Positions 24,971 to 38,861 are shown, numbered from the stretch's first letter. The stretch: 63,412 bases of DNA from Octopus bimaculoides (GCF_001194135.2 NC_069003.1:20347279-20410690); one strand, 5' to 3'. Numbers and translations: made by a program. Notes: generated by a model not told the origin, from the sequence alone.

Positions 24971-25110
24971 GAATTTTTGACATCGTCGGAGCCAGTCACC
25001 AAATTTGGCACATCTTTATCTTCTCATCTCTTGTGTGGTGGCGCAAATCTTACATGGAACTCTTAGACTATCGCCTGCAGTACCCTTGTGTCCACAAAGC
25101 ATCCACATAA
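24971..25110 (+). CDS. PAQR3: PAQR3-like last coding exon (G-IFDIVGASHQIWHIFIFSSLVWWRKSYMELLDYRLQYPCVHKAST*)
   Basis: tttAG acceptor ending 24970; phase matches exon 5; SHQIWH (HxxxH) Zn-site motif; TAA at 25108-25110. The five exons splice into one 250-aa frame. Confidence 0.96.
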
Positions 25111-25261
25111 CATCCAACAGATCTTTTTAGGTTTTACAAAACAAATTATTTTGGAAATTCCATTTCTTAATTAGCATCTCTAATTAGATTTTCGTGTCTT
25201 TCAAATCTCACCTCCTCCCACCACAATTTTATAACCTCCTCCTGTCACAATTTTACCTCCT

Positions 25262-25446
25262 CCTCTTCTTCTTCTTCTTCTTCTTCTTCTTCTTCTTCTT
25301 CTTCTTCTTCTTCTTCTTCTTCTTCCTTTTCTTCTGCTTCCTCTTCTTCTTCTTCTTCTTCTTCTTCTTCTTCTTCCTTTTCTTCTGCTTCCNNNNNNNN
25401 NNTACCTCCTCCTCTTCTTCTTCTTCTTCTTCTTCTTCTTCTTCTT

Positions 25447-25475
<29 letters not shown>
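25262..25475. repeat. (CTT)n microsatellite just downstream of the PAQR3 stop
   Basis: Direct reading; spans a 10-N gap. Confidence 0.95.
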
Positions 25476-25477
<2 letters not shown>

Positions 25478-26089
25478 TGATGAGGATGATGATGATGATG
25501 ACAGAATTAGATGATTGGGCGCAGCTGTTTGGATGTTGGTGATTCAGCATGGCTGGCTGGACATTGAACCCCGTTTTGGTGACTACTTTTTTGGGACTGG
25601 AGGGAAACACATATACACACATGCACAGAGAGAGATTACACATGCATAACTAGATGCTCACATACAGAAACAGCAAGACAAAGAGAGAATGAGAGAGAAA
25701 AAGAGAGAGAGAGAGGGGTAGAAGAGAGAATGAGAACAAAAAACATTAAAACTTCTGATGTCAAACAAATCTGCATTGAATCAGTGACATCAACTAAGTA
25801 GCACCGAAACAGCTGTATCAAAATGTCTCGTATCCTCTTCAGATTCTTCTTTCTTCTTCTTCCTCTTTCTGTCCTCTTCCTCTCCCAGAATTCCATTGCC
25901 CCCTTTCTCCCAGGCCAACACAACTGTCATTCTTACGATAAGAGTTATTACAAAGACTAAAAATGACAGCTTTTGATATTCTAGTCCATTATTATTTTTT
26001 TTTTGTGATGAAAATTGATTTATTTCCCTTTTTAAACAAACAATACCATTTTGCAACAACGAATGTTGAACTAGTAATATTGTTGGATA

Positions 26090-26125
26090 TGCAAGTGCAT
26101 ATATATGTGTATGTGTGTGTGCGTG

Positions 26126-26167
<42 letters not shown>

Positions 26168-26213
26168 TGTGTGTGTGTGTGTATGTATGAATATATATAT
26201 GTATGTATGTATG

Positions 26214-26256
<43 letters not shown>

Positions 26257-26760
26257 ATATATATATGTGTGTGTGTGTGTGTATTTATGTATGAATGTAT
26301 GTATATATATATACGTCTGTCTGTCTGTATGCCTGTATACATATACATATACATATATATATGTATGTATGTACGCATGTATGTATGTACCCCCACACAC
26401 AGACATATGTACATGGATATACATGTGAAAACACATAAATTTGTATATAAATATTCTATATATAAGCCTGTACAAATTGATAATTATATACGCTTATAAA
26501 TAGATACTTATATAAATATATACGTATGTATATGTATGTTTATATAAGTACCATGATTACATATATATATATGTATATTTGTGTATATGTATGTTTGTAT
26601 TTATATAAGTACCATATATTACATATGTATATATATACATATGTGTGTGTGTGTGTGTGTGTGAGAATGCAAGCTTGTAAATATATTTATATGCATGTAT
26701 ATTCACATATATGTATATGTACACCTGCTCATGCACATACACACACACACACACACATCT
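26090..26760. repeat. Compound (TA)n/(TG)n/(TATG)n/(CA)n microsatellite field; similar fields at 29823-30000, 33765-34630, 47040-47228, 47945-48090
   Basis: Direct reading; source of many YI/VC/HT-rich pseudo-ORFs. Confidence 0.95.
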
Positions 26761-27781
26761 CAAAGGCTTTTTCAGTGTTAACACTTTGTTTTCATAACTA
26801 GAAAAAGCCTTGATACATTGATTTATGAGTCAAGAAAGAAGAGGGCCTCTACACGGCTACTGAATCTGATCTGCTAGAAACAGCAGTCAGATTTCACTCA
26901 AATCACACCTTGCCATCTTTGAAAAACGAAAGAAAAGGAAAAAATGGATCAATGCATTGGATAATGTAGTCTGTGATACATGGAAAAACAAAAGATGGGA
27001 TGGTCGTGGCTGGAATCCCTTTGATCACAGGTCTGCCTAATCAAAGCTGATTTGTGCTTAAACAACAATAACAGTGACATGGATTCCTTTTATCAAAAAA
27101 TGTGTTTAGAATGGAGATTTCTTTACTTGAGATTGTGATTGATTTTAAAAAAAGGTAAAAAAAAAGAAGAAAAAGAAAAAAGATATTGTTGCATCTTGGT
27201 AAAGTCATTTTGACTGTTAAGAGCACATGCACTATTACTATTTACACATTTGAAGGCAGCAAACTGGCAGAATTGTTAGCACACCAGGTGTAATACTTAG
27301 CAACATTTTGTCTGTCTTTATGTTTTGAGTTCAAATTCTGCCGAGGTTGACTTTGCCATTCATCGTTTTGGGGGTTGATAAAATAAGTACCAGTTGAACA
27401 CTGGGTCGATGTAATCGACTTACCCCTTCACCTGAAATTGCTAGCCTTGTGCCAAAGTTTGAAACCAGTATTTACCCATTTATTTAAAAAAAAGAAGTTT
27501 ATTGTTGGTTAATGGCATGAAATTTTCATTGTCGTTCATCTGTTGACCAAAACCCTGATCACTCTGTTGCACTTTCTGTTTAAATTTTATATTCCTAGTC
27601 TGTTGTTCTTGTATACAGAAAAGCCTCAACAAAGCATTCTGGAATTTAGAGTTTAAGATTCTGGGACCAATTATTAATTTTACCCTTCTGTGTCTTTGTT
27701 TTAATATTCCGCAGTATTTTTTGGGGGTTGGTCAGTTCTCTGATTCTCTTGTGCCTATAGCTATTAATCCCACCCCATACA

Positions 27782-27829
<48 letters not shown>

Positions 27830-27861
27830 TGTATGTATGTAATGTATGTATATTTTGTATT

Positions 27862-28170
27862 GGTGAAGGTGCATGGCTTAGTGGTTAGGGTATTCGGCTC
27901 ATAGTATTCAGGTCATGAGTTTGATTCCCAGCTGTGCGTTGTATCCTTGAGCAAGGCACTTTACTCCACGTTGCTCCAGTCCGTTCAGCTGGCAAAAATG
28001 AGTGGTACCTGTATTTGAAAGAGCCAGCATTGTCACATTGTGTGTCATGCTAAATCTTCCTGAGATCTATGTTTAACACGTGTCTGTGGAACGCTCAGCC
28101 ACTTGCATGTTAATTTCACAAGCAGGCTGTTCTGTTGATCAGACCAACAGGAACCCGATGGAATGCCAGT
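27862..28170 (+). mobile_element. tRNA-derived SINE family C; related copy 32975-33360, head-only copy 40035-40100, related head/core at 59270-59500(-)
   Basis: A box TGGCTTAGTGG or TGGCCCAGTGG, B box GTT(T)CGATTCC; shared 3' half ACACGTGTCTGTGGA..GCTCAGCCACTTGCA.GTTAATTTCAC.AGCAGGCTGTT. Confidence 0.8.
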
Positions 28171-28234
28171 TATGTATTGTACTTATGTAATGGATGTTAT
28201 CTATGTAATACATGTATGCATATATGTAATTTAT

Positions 28235-28397
28235 ACAGGTAGGAGTGGCTGTGTGGTAAGTAGTTTGCTTACCAACCACATGGTCCCGGGTTCAGTCCCA
28301 CTGCGTGGCATCTTGGGCAAGTGTCTTCTACTATAGCCTCGGGCCGACCAAAGCCTTGTGAGTGGATTTGGTAGACGGAAACTGAAAGAAGCCTGTC

Positions 28398-28469
<72 letters not shown>

Positions 28470-28686
28470 ATGTGTTTGTATGTCTGTGTTTGTCCCCCCC
28501 AACATCGCTTGACAACCGATGCTGGTGTGTTTATGTCCCCGTAACTTAGCGGTTCGGCAAAAGAGACCGATAGAATAAGTACTAGGCTTCCAAAGAATAA
28601 GTCCTGGGGTCGATTTGCTCGACTAAAGGCGGTGCTCCAACATGGCCGCAGTCAAAAGACTGAAACAAGTAAAAGAGTAAAAGAGT
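28235..28686 (+). mobile_element. Full-length SINE family A
   Basis: tRNA head, internal (TA)n at 28398-28458, 3' part ending GGCGGTGCTCCAACATGGCCGCAGTC...GACTGAAACAAGTAAAAGAGTAAAAGAG. An inverted full copy lies at 57890-58544. Confidence 0.9.
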
Positions 28687-29822
28687 ATATATGTAAGTAT
28701 AAATGTTATGTAATGTATGTATATATATATGATATGTAACATATGCTGTGTGATATAAAAAAAAAAGAAAACTGATGTAACCAACTGATAGGATACATGG
28801 TAACCAAGCAAAGTGTGTCAGAGGTTTATGTTGTATCCCTTTTTGGGCCCCATGTGGCAGACTCTTGCTCCTGAAATAGCTCAGTCCATTCCACTGAGCT
28901 GATAATAGACCCCCACCACAGGATAGGAACAGCTTGTAACTGCAGGCAGCAGCAGGTAGGCAGACAGGCAGCACTGAATTCAAGTCCTCCAACCTGTGGC
29001 CCTGCAGAGACTCCCCCGCTTCCCACCCTCTGCCCCAACCCTCTAATATACAACCTCAAACCAAAGTCTTTCTGTGTCTTGCCATTTCGAAGCAAATTCT
29101 CAAGTTGTGAATATTGACTGTGACTGNNNNNNNNNNNNNNNNNNNNNNNNNNNNNNNNNNNNNNNNNNNNNNNNNNNNNNNNNNNNNNNNNNNNNNNNNN
29201 NNNNNNNNNNNNNNNNNNNNNNNNNNNNNNNNNNNNNNNNNNNNNNNNNNNNNNNNNNNNNNNNNNNNNNNNNNNNNNNNNNNNNNNNNNNNNNNNNNNN
29301 NNNNNNNNNNNNNNNNNNNNNNNNNNNNNNNNNNNNNNNNNNNNNNNNNNNNNNNNNNNNNNNNNNNNNNNNNNNNNNNNNNNNNNNNNNNNNNNNNNNN
29401 NNNNNNNNNNNNNNNNNNNNNNNNNNNNNNNNNNNNNNNNNNNNNNNNNNNNNNNNNNNNNNNNNNNNNNNNNNNNNNNNNNNNNNNNNNNNNNNNNNNN
29501 NNNNNNNNNNNNNNNNNNNNNNNNNNNNNNNNNNNNNNNNNNNNNNNNNNNNNNNNNNNNNNNNNNNNNNNNNNNNNNNNNNNNNNNNNNNNNNNNNNNN
29601 NNNNNNNNNNNNNNNNNNNNNNNNNNNNNNNNNNNNNNNNNNNNNNNNNNNNNNNNNNNNNNNNNNNNNNNNNNNNNNNNNNNNNNNNNNNNNNNNNNNN
29701 NNNNNNNNNNNNNNNNNNNNNNNNNNNNNNNNNNNNNNNNNNNNNNNNNNNNNNNNNNNNNNNNNNNNNNNNNNNNNNNNNNNNNNNNNNNNNNNNNNNN
29801 NNNNNNNNNNNNNNNNNNNNNN

Positions 29823-29879
<57 letters not shown>

Positions 29880-30716
29880 ACACACACATACATGTGTGTA
29901 TTCATGTGTGTGTTTATATATATATATCTGTGTATGTGTGTGCATGTTATAAATGTATATATATGATATATAGGTATAAATATGTATGCTATATTTCATT
30001 TGTGTATAAATTCCCATGATGCATTGGAAATATTTGGTGCTGAACAAAACATTCACTAAATTCTTGATATTTTCTCAGTTCATGATTTATTTTAAATGTA
30101 TTCTGTTGTTATGCTAGTCAAATACTGGGGTCAATATAACTGACTTAGCCCCTCACACCAAATCTGCTAGTCTCATGCCAAAATTTGAAACCATTAGTAT
30201 TATTATTATTTATTATTAAGGTGGTGAGCTGGCAGAATTGTTAGCATGCCGGGCAAAATGCTTAGCAGCATTTCGTCCATCCTTAAATTCTGAGTTTAAA
30301 TTCCACCAGGGTCAACTTTGCTTTTCATCCTTTCAGGGTTAATAAATTAAACACCAGTAAAACACTGGGGTCTGTGTAATCAACTAGTCTTCTCCCCTGA
30401 AATTTCAAGCCTTGTGCCTTTAGGAGAAAAAATTATTATTGTTACTATTATTATTATTATTTTATGTTTGACTTTTGTTTTGCATTTGTACAAGTTGGAT
30501 CCAAGTCTCACCCAGAGACCTCAAGAGACAACAAGTTAGAAGTTCATGTAGGTGTTATGCCTAGGGTACCATATATTTGGATTTGTACAGTTTTGTTCTA
30601 GTGAATGTTTAAGAAACCATGAGAAAATTATGTGTTTGTTTTAAAATTTGAGATCACATAGACAATATTTTACGTAGGATATGGGCAGTTCCCATGAGCA
30701 CTATCTTTTGAACATT

Positions 30717-30757
<41 letters not shown>

Positions 30758-33700
30758 CATTATTATTATTATTATAACACTTAGCATACTGGAAGAAATG
30801 CTCGGCAGCATTTCATCTGTCTTTATGTTCTGAGTTCAAATTTGCCAAGGCTGACTTTGCTTTTCACCCTTTCAGGTGTTGATAAAATAAGTTCCAGTTG
30901 AGTATTGGGGTCAATGTAATCAACTTACCCCACTACACAAAATTTTAGGCTTTGTGCCTATAATAGGGAGAATTATTATTATTATTAATATTAAGTAATT
31001 TCATCAAAGACAGTGAGATGATAGAGACTTGTTACTCTCTTTTCTGAATTCAAACTTCCCTGAGATTCCACTAGAATAAATACCAGTTATATACTGGGGT
31101 TTATTTTATTGACTTTTTCTAGTGTTTTTGTGTCCAGTTTAACCTCACCTCCAAAATGAAAAAACAAAGTGGGGGATGAAAAATCCCCATTGTTATTATT
31201 TATTATGAAATCATTATAGACTCAAAAGATTCGTGCTGAGTTTACAATGAAATCAAGTCCCAATTTTCCGTTTTATTCATATCAAACCCTTTAACAATAC
31301 ATGAGAAAGACTTGAGTGTTACACCATCCCATTTCTTAGCTTCCATTTAAAAAACTGGTTTCAATTTCACTTTATTGGGGGTTTTTTTTTTGTTGTATCT
31401 GTACCTCAAACTCTTTACAACACTTAAGAAAAGCATGAGTATCACAACTTCCTATTTGACACTTCCATTATAAATTAAAAACTTAAAAACTTTGATCACC
31501 ATGTAAGAAAATGGTCCTTTGTTTTCAGTCTGTTTGTGACAAGAACTTGGAACAGAGACCCAGCTCTTGAAGGGCTAAGTTTCCTGTGATCCCTGTTTGT
31601 TTTTGTTTATAAGTCAACCCCTGTGTATGACCCTATCACTTCTTTCACTTACACAGTATAATGGTTTTGAAAAAAAAAAATACAAAAAAAAGAAGAAAAC
31701 ACCCCAAAACCACCAACACCACCATCACCACAAATAACAATAACAACCAAAGCACAAACTTTACAATATGTTTCTCATGATAATCATCATCATTGTTTAC
31801 ACATCCACTTTTCCATGTTTACCTGCGTTGGATGGAATCTGTTGAGGCAGACTTCCTATGACCAGATGCCCTTCCTATCATCAACCCTCACCTGTTTCCA
31901 AGCAAGCCTAATAAAGATATTTCCTCATGGCCAGACATGGGAGATTAAACACAAAGAACATCATTTGATTGACAGTGACACTCACATGATGTCAAGACAA
32001 GCATGCATAAATGCACACACATGCACATGCATATACACATCTGTATGTATATACATACATTATATATNNNNNNNNNNNNNNNNNNNNNNNNNNNNNNNNN
32101 NNNNNNNNNNNNNNNNNNNNNNNNNNNNNNNNNNNNNNNNNNNNNNNNNNNNNNNNNNNNNNNNNNNNNNNNNNNNNNNNNNNNNNNNNNNNNNNNNNNN
32201 NNNNNNNNNNNNNNNNNNNNNNNNNNNNNNNNNNNNNNNNNNNNNNNNNNNNNNNNNNNNNNNNNNNNNNNNNNNNNNNNNNNNNNNNNNNNNNNNNNNN
32301 NNNNNNNNNNNNNNNNNNNNNNNNNNNNNNNNNNNNNNNNNNNNNNNNNNNNNNNNNNNNNNNNNNNNNNNNNNNNNNNNNNNNNNNNNNNNNNNNNNNN
32401 NNNNNNNNNNNNNNNNNNNNNNNNNNNNNNNNNNNNNNNNNNNNNNNNNNNNNNNNNNNNNNNNNNNNNNNNNNNNNNNNNNNNNNNNNNNNNNNNNNNN
32501 NNNNNNNNNNNNNNNNNNNNNNNNNNNNNNNNNNNNNNNNNNNNNNNNNNNNNNNNNNNNNNNNNNNNNNNNNNNNNNNNNNNNNNNNNNNNNNNNNNNN
32601 NNNNNNNNNNNNNNNNNNNNNNNNNNNNNNNNNNNNNNNNNNNNNNNNNNNNNNNNNNNNNNNNNNNNNNNNNNNNNNNNNNNNNNNNNNNNNNNNNNNN
32701 NNNNNNNNNNNNNNNNNNNNNNNNNNNNNNNNNNNNNNNNNNNNNNNNNNNNNNNNNNNNNNNNNNNNNNNNNNNNNNNNNNNNNNNNNNNNNNNNNNNN
32801 NNNNNNNNNNNNNNNNNNNNNNNNNNNNNNNNNNNNNNNNNNNNNNNNNNNNNNNNNNNNNNNNNNNNNNNNNNNNNNNNNNNNNNNNNNNNNGAGAGAA
32901 GTGTTAGGGCTGGACGGTATCCTAATTCAAAGGAGCAGTGTGGATTTCTTTAGCATGGGCTAATCACATATTCAGGAGGCACAATGGCCCAGTGGTTAGG
33001 GCAGCGGACTTGCGGTCATAGGATCACGGTTTCGATTCCCAGACCGGGCGTTGTGAGTGTTTATTGAGCAAAAACACCTAAAGCTCCATGAGGCTCCGGC
33101 AGGGGATGGTGGCAAACCCTGCTGTACTCTTTCACCATAACTTTCTCTCACCCTTACTTCCTGTTTCTGTTGTACCTGTAATTCAAAGGGTCAGCCTTGT
33201 CACACTCTGTGTCATGTTGAATATCCCTCAGAACTACGTTAAGGGTACACGTGTCTGTGGAGTGCTCAGCCACTTGCAAGTTAATTTCACGAGCAGGCTG
33301 TTCTGTTGATTGGATCAACTGGAACCCTTGACGTTGTAAGCGACAGAGTGCCAACACTCACAGTCACATATTCATGGATATCTGCGATCAGAACTAATGT
33401 ATTAATCAGGTGACGCCCCCCTCCCCTCCAATACTACCACCTCTTCTCTCGGTGACCCCTGAATGCAAGAAATTTTTTGTTGAAATGACACATAAAAACC
33501 AGCTTCAACTGGTTTTCTAATAACAACTACATTGATTAAAGCTTTAACCAAATCCTGTGAACAGTTCTACACCTTTTTTCACTTTCTGATCAAAGCAAAA
33601 TGCACAAATATAGATTTAAAAAAATGGAAAAGTATTGAATTTTTTTTTGTTTTATTTCTATCTCAACAATATTGAAGAATTTTATACTTTTACAAATTTT

Positions 33701-33760
33701 AAAAGATTTTACTTTTTAACTAAATGTATATACCCAACAGATTGTATGCATGTTTATGAA

Positions 33761-33800
<40 letters not shown>

Positions 33801-34508
33801 TTTACATGTATATATGTTTATGTATGTATATACATATATATATATGTATGTGTGTATATATATATATATGTATGTGTGTATATATATATATATGTATGTG
33901 TGTATATATATATATATGTATGTGTGTATATATATATATGTATGTGTGTATATATATATATATGTATGTGTGTATATATATATATGTATGTGTGTATATA
34001 TATATATATGTATGTGTGTATATATATATNNNNNNNNNNNNNNNNNNNNNNNNNNNNNNNNNNNNNNNNNNNNNNNNNNNNNNNNNNNNNNNNNNNNNNN
34101 NNNNNNNNNNNNNNNNNNNNNNNNNNNNNNNNNNNNNNNNNNNNNNNNNNNNNNNNNNNNNNNNNNNNNNNNNNNNNNNNNNNNNNNNNNNNNNNNNNNN
34201 NNNNNNNNNNNNNNNNNNNNNNNNNNNNNNNNNNNNNNNNNNNNNNNNNNNNNNNNNNNNNNNNNNNNNNNNNNNNNNNNNNNNNNNNNNNNNNNNNNNN
34301 NNNNNNNNNNNNNNNNNNNNNNNNNNNNNNNNNNNNNNNNNNNNNNNNNNNNNNNNNNNNNNNNNNNNNNNNNNNNNNNNNNNNNNNNNNNNNNNNNNNN
34401 NNNNNNNNNNNNNNNNNNNNNNNNNNNNNNNNNNNNNNNNNNNNNNNNNNNNNNNNNNNNNNNNNNNNNNNNNNNNNNNNNNNNNNNNNNNNNNNNNNNN
34501 NNNNNNNN

Positions 34509-34555
<47 letters not shown>

Positions 34556-36436
34556 GTATGTATATATCTACGCACACATATATGCGTATATGTGTGTGTA
34601 TATATATAAATACATACATACACACATACTTAACATGTTTTAACCAAAATGTCATTTCTAATATTAACTCATTATTTTTTCCCTTGTTAGATTCACTGAA
34701 GTTGATAAAAGAAAAAAAAAATGCGAGGCACTGTGGCTGTGAGTTTGAATGTGTGAGGTGGTGGTGGTGGTGGTGGTGAGGTGGAGGTATTGGTGGGGGT
34801 GGATGGTTGGTGGTAGTGGTGGGTCTAAGCATTGAATTGTTGACCAGAAAGCTGTGAGTCCAAAGTTTGATCTAGCGATTAATTGATTTAATTAATTAAT
34901 TAATTAATTAATTAATTAATTTATTAATAATAGTTGTTCTGCCTCAGAAATGGGGGAACATATTTACTCAGCTTTAATAAAAGATGGAATTTTTAATGAT
35001 TTTTTTTATTTAATGAATAAATGATAATAAAAGAAAAAGTAACAAATTGTAAATGTGAGATTTCAGGAAAGACGACCCCACTCAAACAAACCCTAACCAC
35101 CTCTCCCCACACAATTCTTCCATCAGATTGTGTTATTAGCTTCAGTGAGCCCAAAAGAACAAGCAAAAAATAATGCCTCACTTTTAGTTGCATAATTGAT
35201 ACTAGCAATGACATCTGTCTATAAAATCATAACTATGTTTAACCCCCTAATCCACTCTGTAGCAGTGAGACAGCCCTTTATAAACTCCCTGCTATTGTCT
35301 ATTCAAATGAGGGACCACATGTTTTTTTTTGTTTTTTTTTTAAAATTAATTTTTTTTTCTTTCACATTTAAAACCCTAGAAAGCATGTTCCAGAATTAAA
35401 TCTGGGATAGTCATGTATGGCTGTTCCCCAATTCCCATTTCATGAGTTTTTCAACCCCACCCTGCTTCCTTTAAAAAAAAGAACAAAACATCTGATATAT
35501 TTCTGTGTCTTATCTGAGTTCCCAGGTCTATCAGTTAACCCTTCAACCATTTTTTTTATTGGTCTACCTCTGCCGGGGCTGACTGCATGGGTCTCTACTC
35601 AGATGAAAAAGAAAAAAGAAAAAAATCTGGCAAAGGGGTGAATACCACTTGGCATTATTGACAACAGCATCAGTGCATGCTCTGAAGAATTCCATTCCTG
35701 TAACCCTTCAAAATGCCATGATGAAATATAGGGTGTGATATTATGAAGAAAAACCCCCAAATGTTCTCTAATCTTTTTTTAATTTTCGTTGTTTTGTGTT
35801 TGTTTGATATAAACTATTCCAATGAAATAATGTTGGTGTTGTTCATTTCAAAGACTGTTGTATACTTCTATTATAATAATAATAATAATAATAATAATAA
35901 TTATTATTATTATTATTATTATTGAGTGAGAGAGCAGTGCATGCCATAAAAGTGACACTGGGGTACAAATATAAGAAGTCCAATATTGCTCGTCTGATAA
36001 AGGTGTACTAGGCACATGCATCACAACCATATGTGTGTGATATGGTGATCTCATATCAAGATAAACAATGTATGACCTTGCAAGTAGGGCCCAGTTAGAA
36101 TTTTCATGAGGTCGAGTAGCCCATCCCACTCAAAAGGTCCCTGAATAAGGTTTGTTTGAGGATGACGAACAAAACACCCATGTTTCCAGAGGTGAATTAT
36201 TCAAACCCCAAAGAATTCTTCTCAACACATGGCTATGATGTTCCCCCACTACTTCTGCTCACGATCATCAATGCACATATTGTCAGCCACCAACTGGTTA
36301 AGATCAAACAACTGACAAGTAAATCTGTGGTATTGAGCAGAATATTTGCTGTAGCCCATCTTTTATACCAAGACAAAACAATGTACATGACAACACCTCC
36401 AATCAGTTAAGGTCAAAAGCCATGAGAGTCACTGCC

Positions 36437-36770
36437 TTCTTTGGAGCAGGTGAGGAGTGGTGTTTTCACTGCATGGATTATCTCTTTGTCTCTGGTTCAA
36501 AGTGATGAATCCAAAACTCATCTTGGGTTATGTAACATTCAAGGAAACCAGCTGGATCTGCCTCAAGTAATGTCAGATTTTCCCATGTTGTGATCAGACT
36601 AGTGTGCATTTGATCAGGTGTTAGAAGACATGGCATCCGACAAGCAGAAACAGTTATCATGGCAAGTTCAATGTACAAGTTATTATTAACTCTCTCACGG
36701 GATATGCTAATTGCATTGGCTGTTTGATTTATAGTTAATTGTCTGTCATCCATCACCATGTGGATCTACA
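36437..36770 (-). pseudogene. Mariner transposase fragment (irritans/Himar-like)
   Basis: DDRQLTI..TA.AISISRERV...L..ELAM..VSA...P.LLTPDQ; FL...ITQDEFWIHHFEPETK..SMQW.H..SPAPKK. Confidence 0.85.
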
Positions 36771-37189
36771 TGTATGTTGCATGTGCATGCTTGTGTGTGT
36801 ACGTGTGCATGTGTGTTTGTGTTTGTATGCATGTGTGTATGTGGTATAAATTGTTTATCAGTTTTAATTACAGCTACAAAGTATTTCAAAAGATGATGAG
36901 ATCAGGTTGACATGCATTCAGACTAGTATACATACATGCATACATTCTTGCATACATTCATGAATACACATAGACATATATCCATATATACTTGTTTGCA
37001 TATATACATACATACATATATATGTATATATATTCATACATACATACATACATACATACATGTCATCATGACATTGACCAATGAGGCATGATGTTGCTAG
37101 GATACTATATAATGAGATCCATTAAAAGGATAACTCTGAGGCCAAAGAAATAAGAATTTATAGTATGGTAGAAGCCATAGCCACTCAAT

Positions 37190-37560
37190 AAAAAAAGAGT
37201 ACTGGTGGAATGTCCCAGTGAAAACCTCAATAAAATATAATCACAATAGACCTGACATAGTAATTTGGGACAGAGAAGAGAAAATGTGTACAGTTGTAGA
37301 AATCAACTTGATGATGATGGCAGCAGATGTTAACAGGAAGTTAAAGATCAGTGAAAAAGAAAATACCTACTCTGCACTACTGAGGTATTTACAGTTACTC
37401 AATCCAAATTACAAGTTCAGGTTTATACCTGTAATTATTAAACTTGAAAAATTAGGCTTCTCAAAACCAGAAAAGAGAAAGCTGATTTGAAGATTACAGA
37501 TCCAAGCTGTCACTGGAACTAAAAATCTGTAAAACTTTCCAGAAGTTTATTGTGTAAGTA
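37190..37560 (+). mobile_element. Second R4/Dong-like restriction-like endonuclease fragment
   Basis: YWWNVPVKTSIKYNHNRPDIVIWDREEKMCTVVEI...KISEKENTY..LLRYLQLLNPNYKFRFIP (RPD...E...K..Y pattern). Confidence 0.8.
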
Positions 37561-37702
37561 TATATGAGAATGTCTAGACATGCAACTATTCGTATGAGAA
37601 GACACACATAAAACAAAACACCAACCTACACATAATACATACATACAAAAATACCCTGTTGATGTTGTTGAAATTCCAATATGTATATTTATATTTGTGT
37701 GT

Positions 37703-37735
<33 letters not shown>

Positions 37736-38861
37736 GACACACACACACACACACAGAGGCAGACAGACAGACAGACAGGAACCATTCTTTCTCTAAAAAC
37801 CTATTAGGACACATTAGATAAGATAGTGCTAGAAAGATTATGTTTGAAGGAAAATAGACAAGATGATCAAGAGTGGAATACACTTGATCAAAGGCCTGCT
37901 TGATAAGGTCTGACTTAGGGCTAAAAAATGCAATGGTAATGAGATAATGATGGAGCCTCTATGTGGTTGCTTGACATGCTAAAAATAACAACAAAATCTA
38001 CATTATATATTAAGCCGTGATTAAAGAGGAAGATGAATTTAACAGTTTGTGGTATTTGTCTGTTGTGTGGTGTAACTGGTAGAAGCACTTTGAGGTTAAA
38101 ATGGATGGGAATGTAATGGCTAGAATGTCTTTGATGGCTTTCTGTTACAGTGCATGTCATAGTTAGAACACTTTGATCATAAGTCTTGTTTGAACAGGAA
38201 TGTCCTGGGGTTAAAGAATAAGAACCTTTATGATTTACATCAATAAAGAATATGAAAGAAAGGAAGGTTGAGAACCACATGAACAGATAAAGCTTGACTG
38301 TGTTCTAAAATAATAAACATATCTGCACATGCATAATGCAAGGTCATCAGCATAGAAGAGGTGATGCATCAGTCAGTGTACATTATTATTGCAGCAATGA
38401 AACAAGTGGATCACGTATTGAAGCTGCAGAAATGTTAAGAAAGAAAATAATTAATAAACAGAAAGAGATAGACAACAGCAGAAACTGCAGGTCCAATTAT
38501 ATATATATAATGCAAATACTATGGACATTTTTACTCCTCCCCTCACTTAGCAGTCATTCTAATAGTTCTTTTATCTTAATAACGGTCAACCACACAGTAA
38601 TTTCCCTTTGTTTAATGGTTATTTTCATAGAAATTTTCAATGGCCAGATAACTGAAGAGATGGTGGCGTGGGTTTCCACCCTGACATCGAAAACTCAGAG
38701 TTTTATCATGGCTACTGAATAATTGTCACATATTATTTACAGATAAATTGCTCTATTTACATTATATCGAGGTCTCTTTCTTACTTTTGTTGTTTTACCT
38801 TATCTATCAAGATACATGTATATATATATATACATGTATATATCTATATATATGTATGTAT

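Noticed and set aside
32975-33055. Possible genuine tRNA genes (also 40035-40100, 46472-46552 and SINE heads)
   Set aside because: A/B boxes are present but acceptor stems do not close and each continues into SINE or terminal-repeat body.
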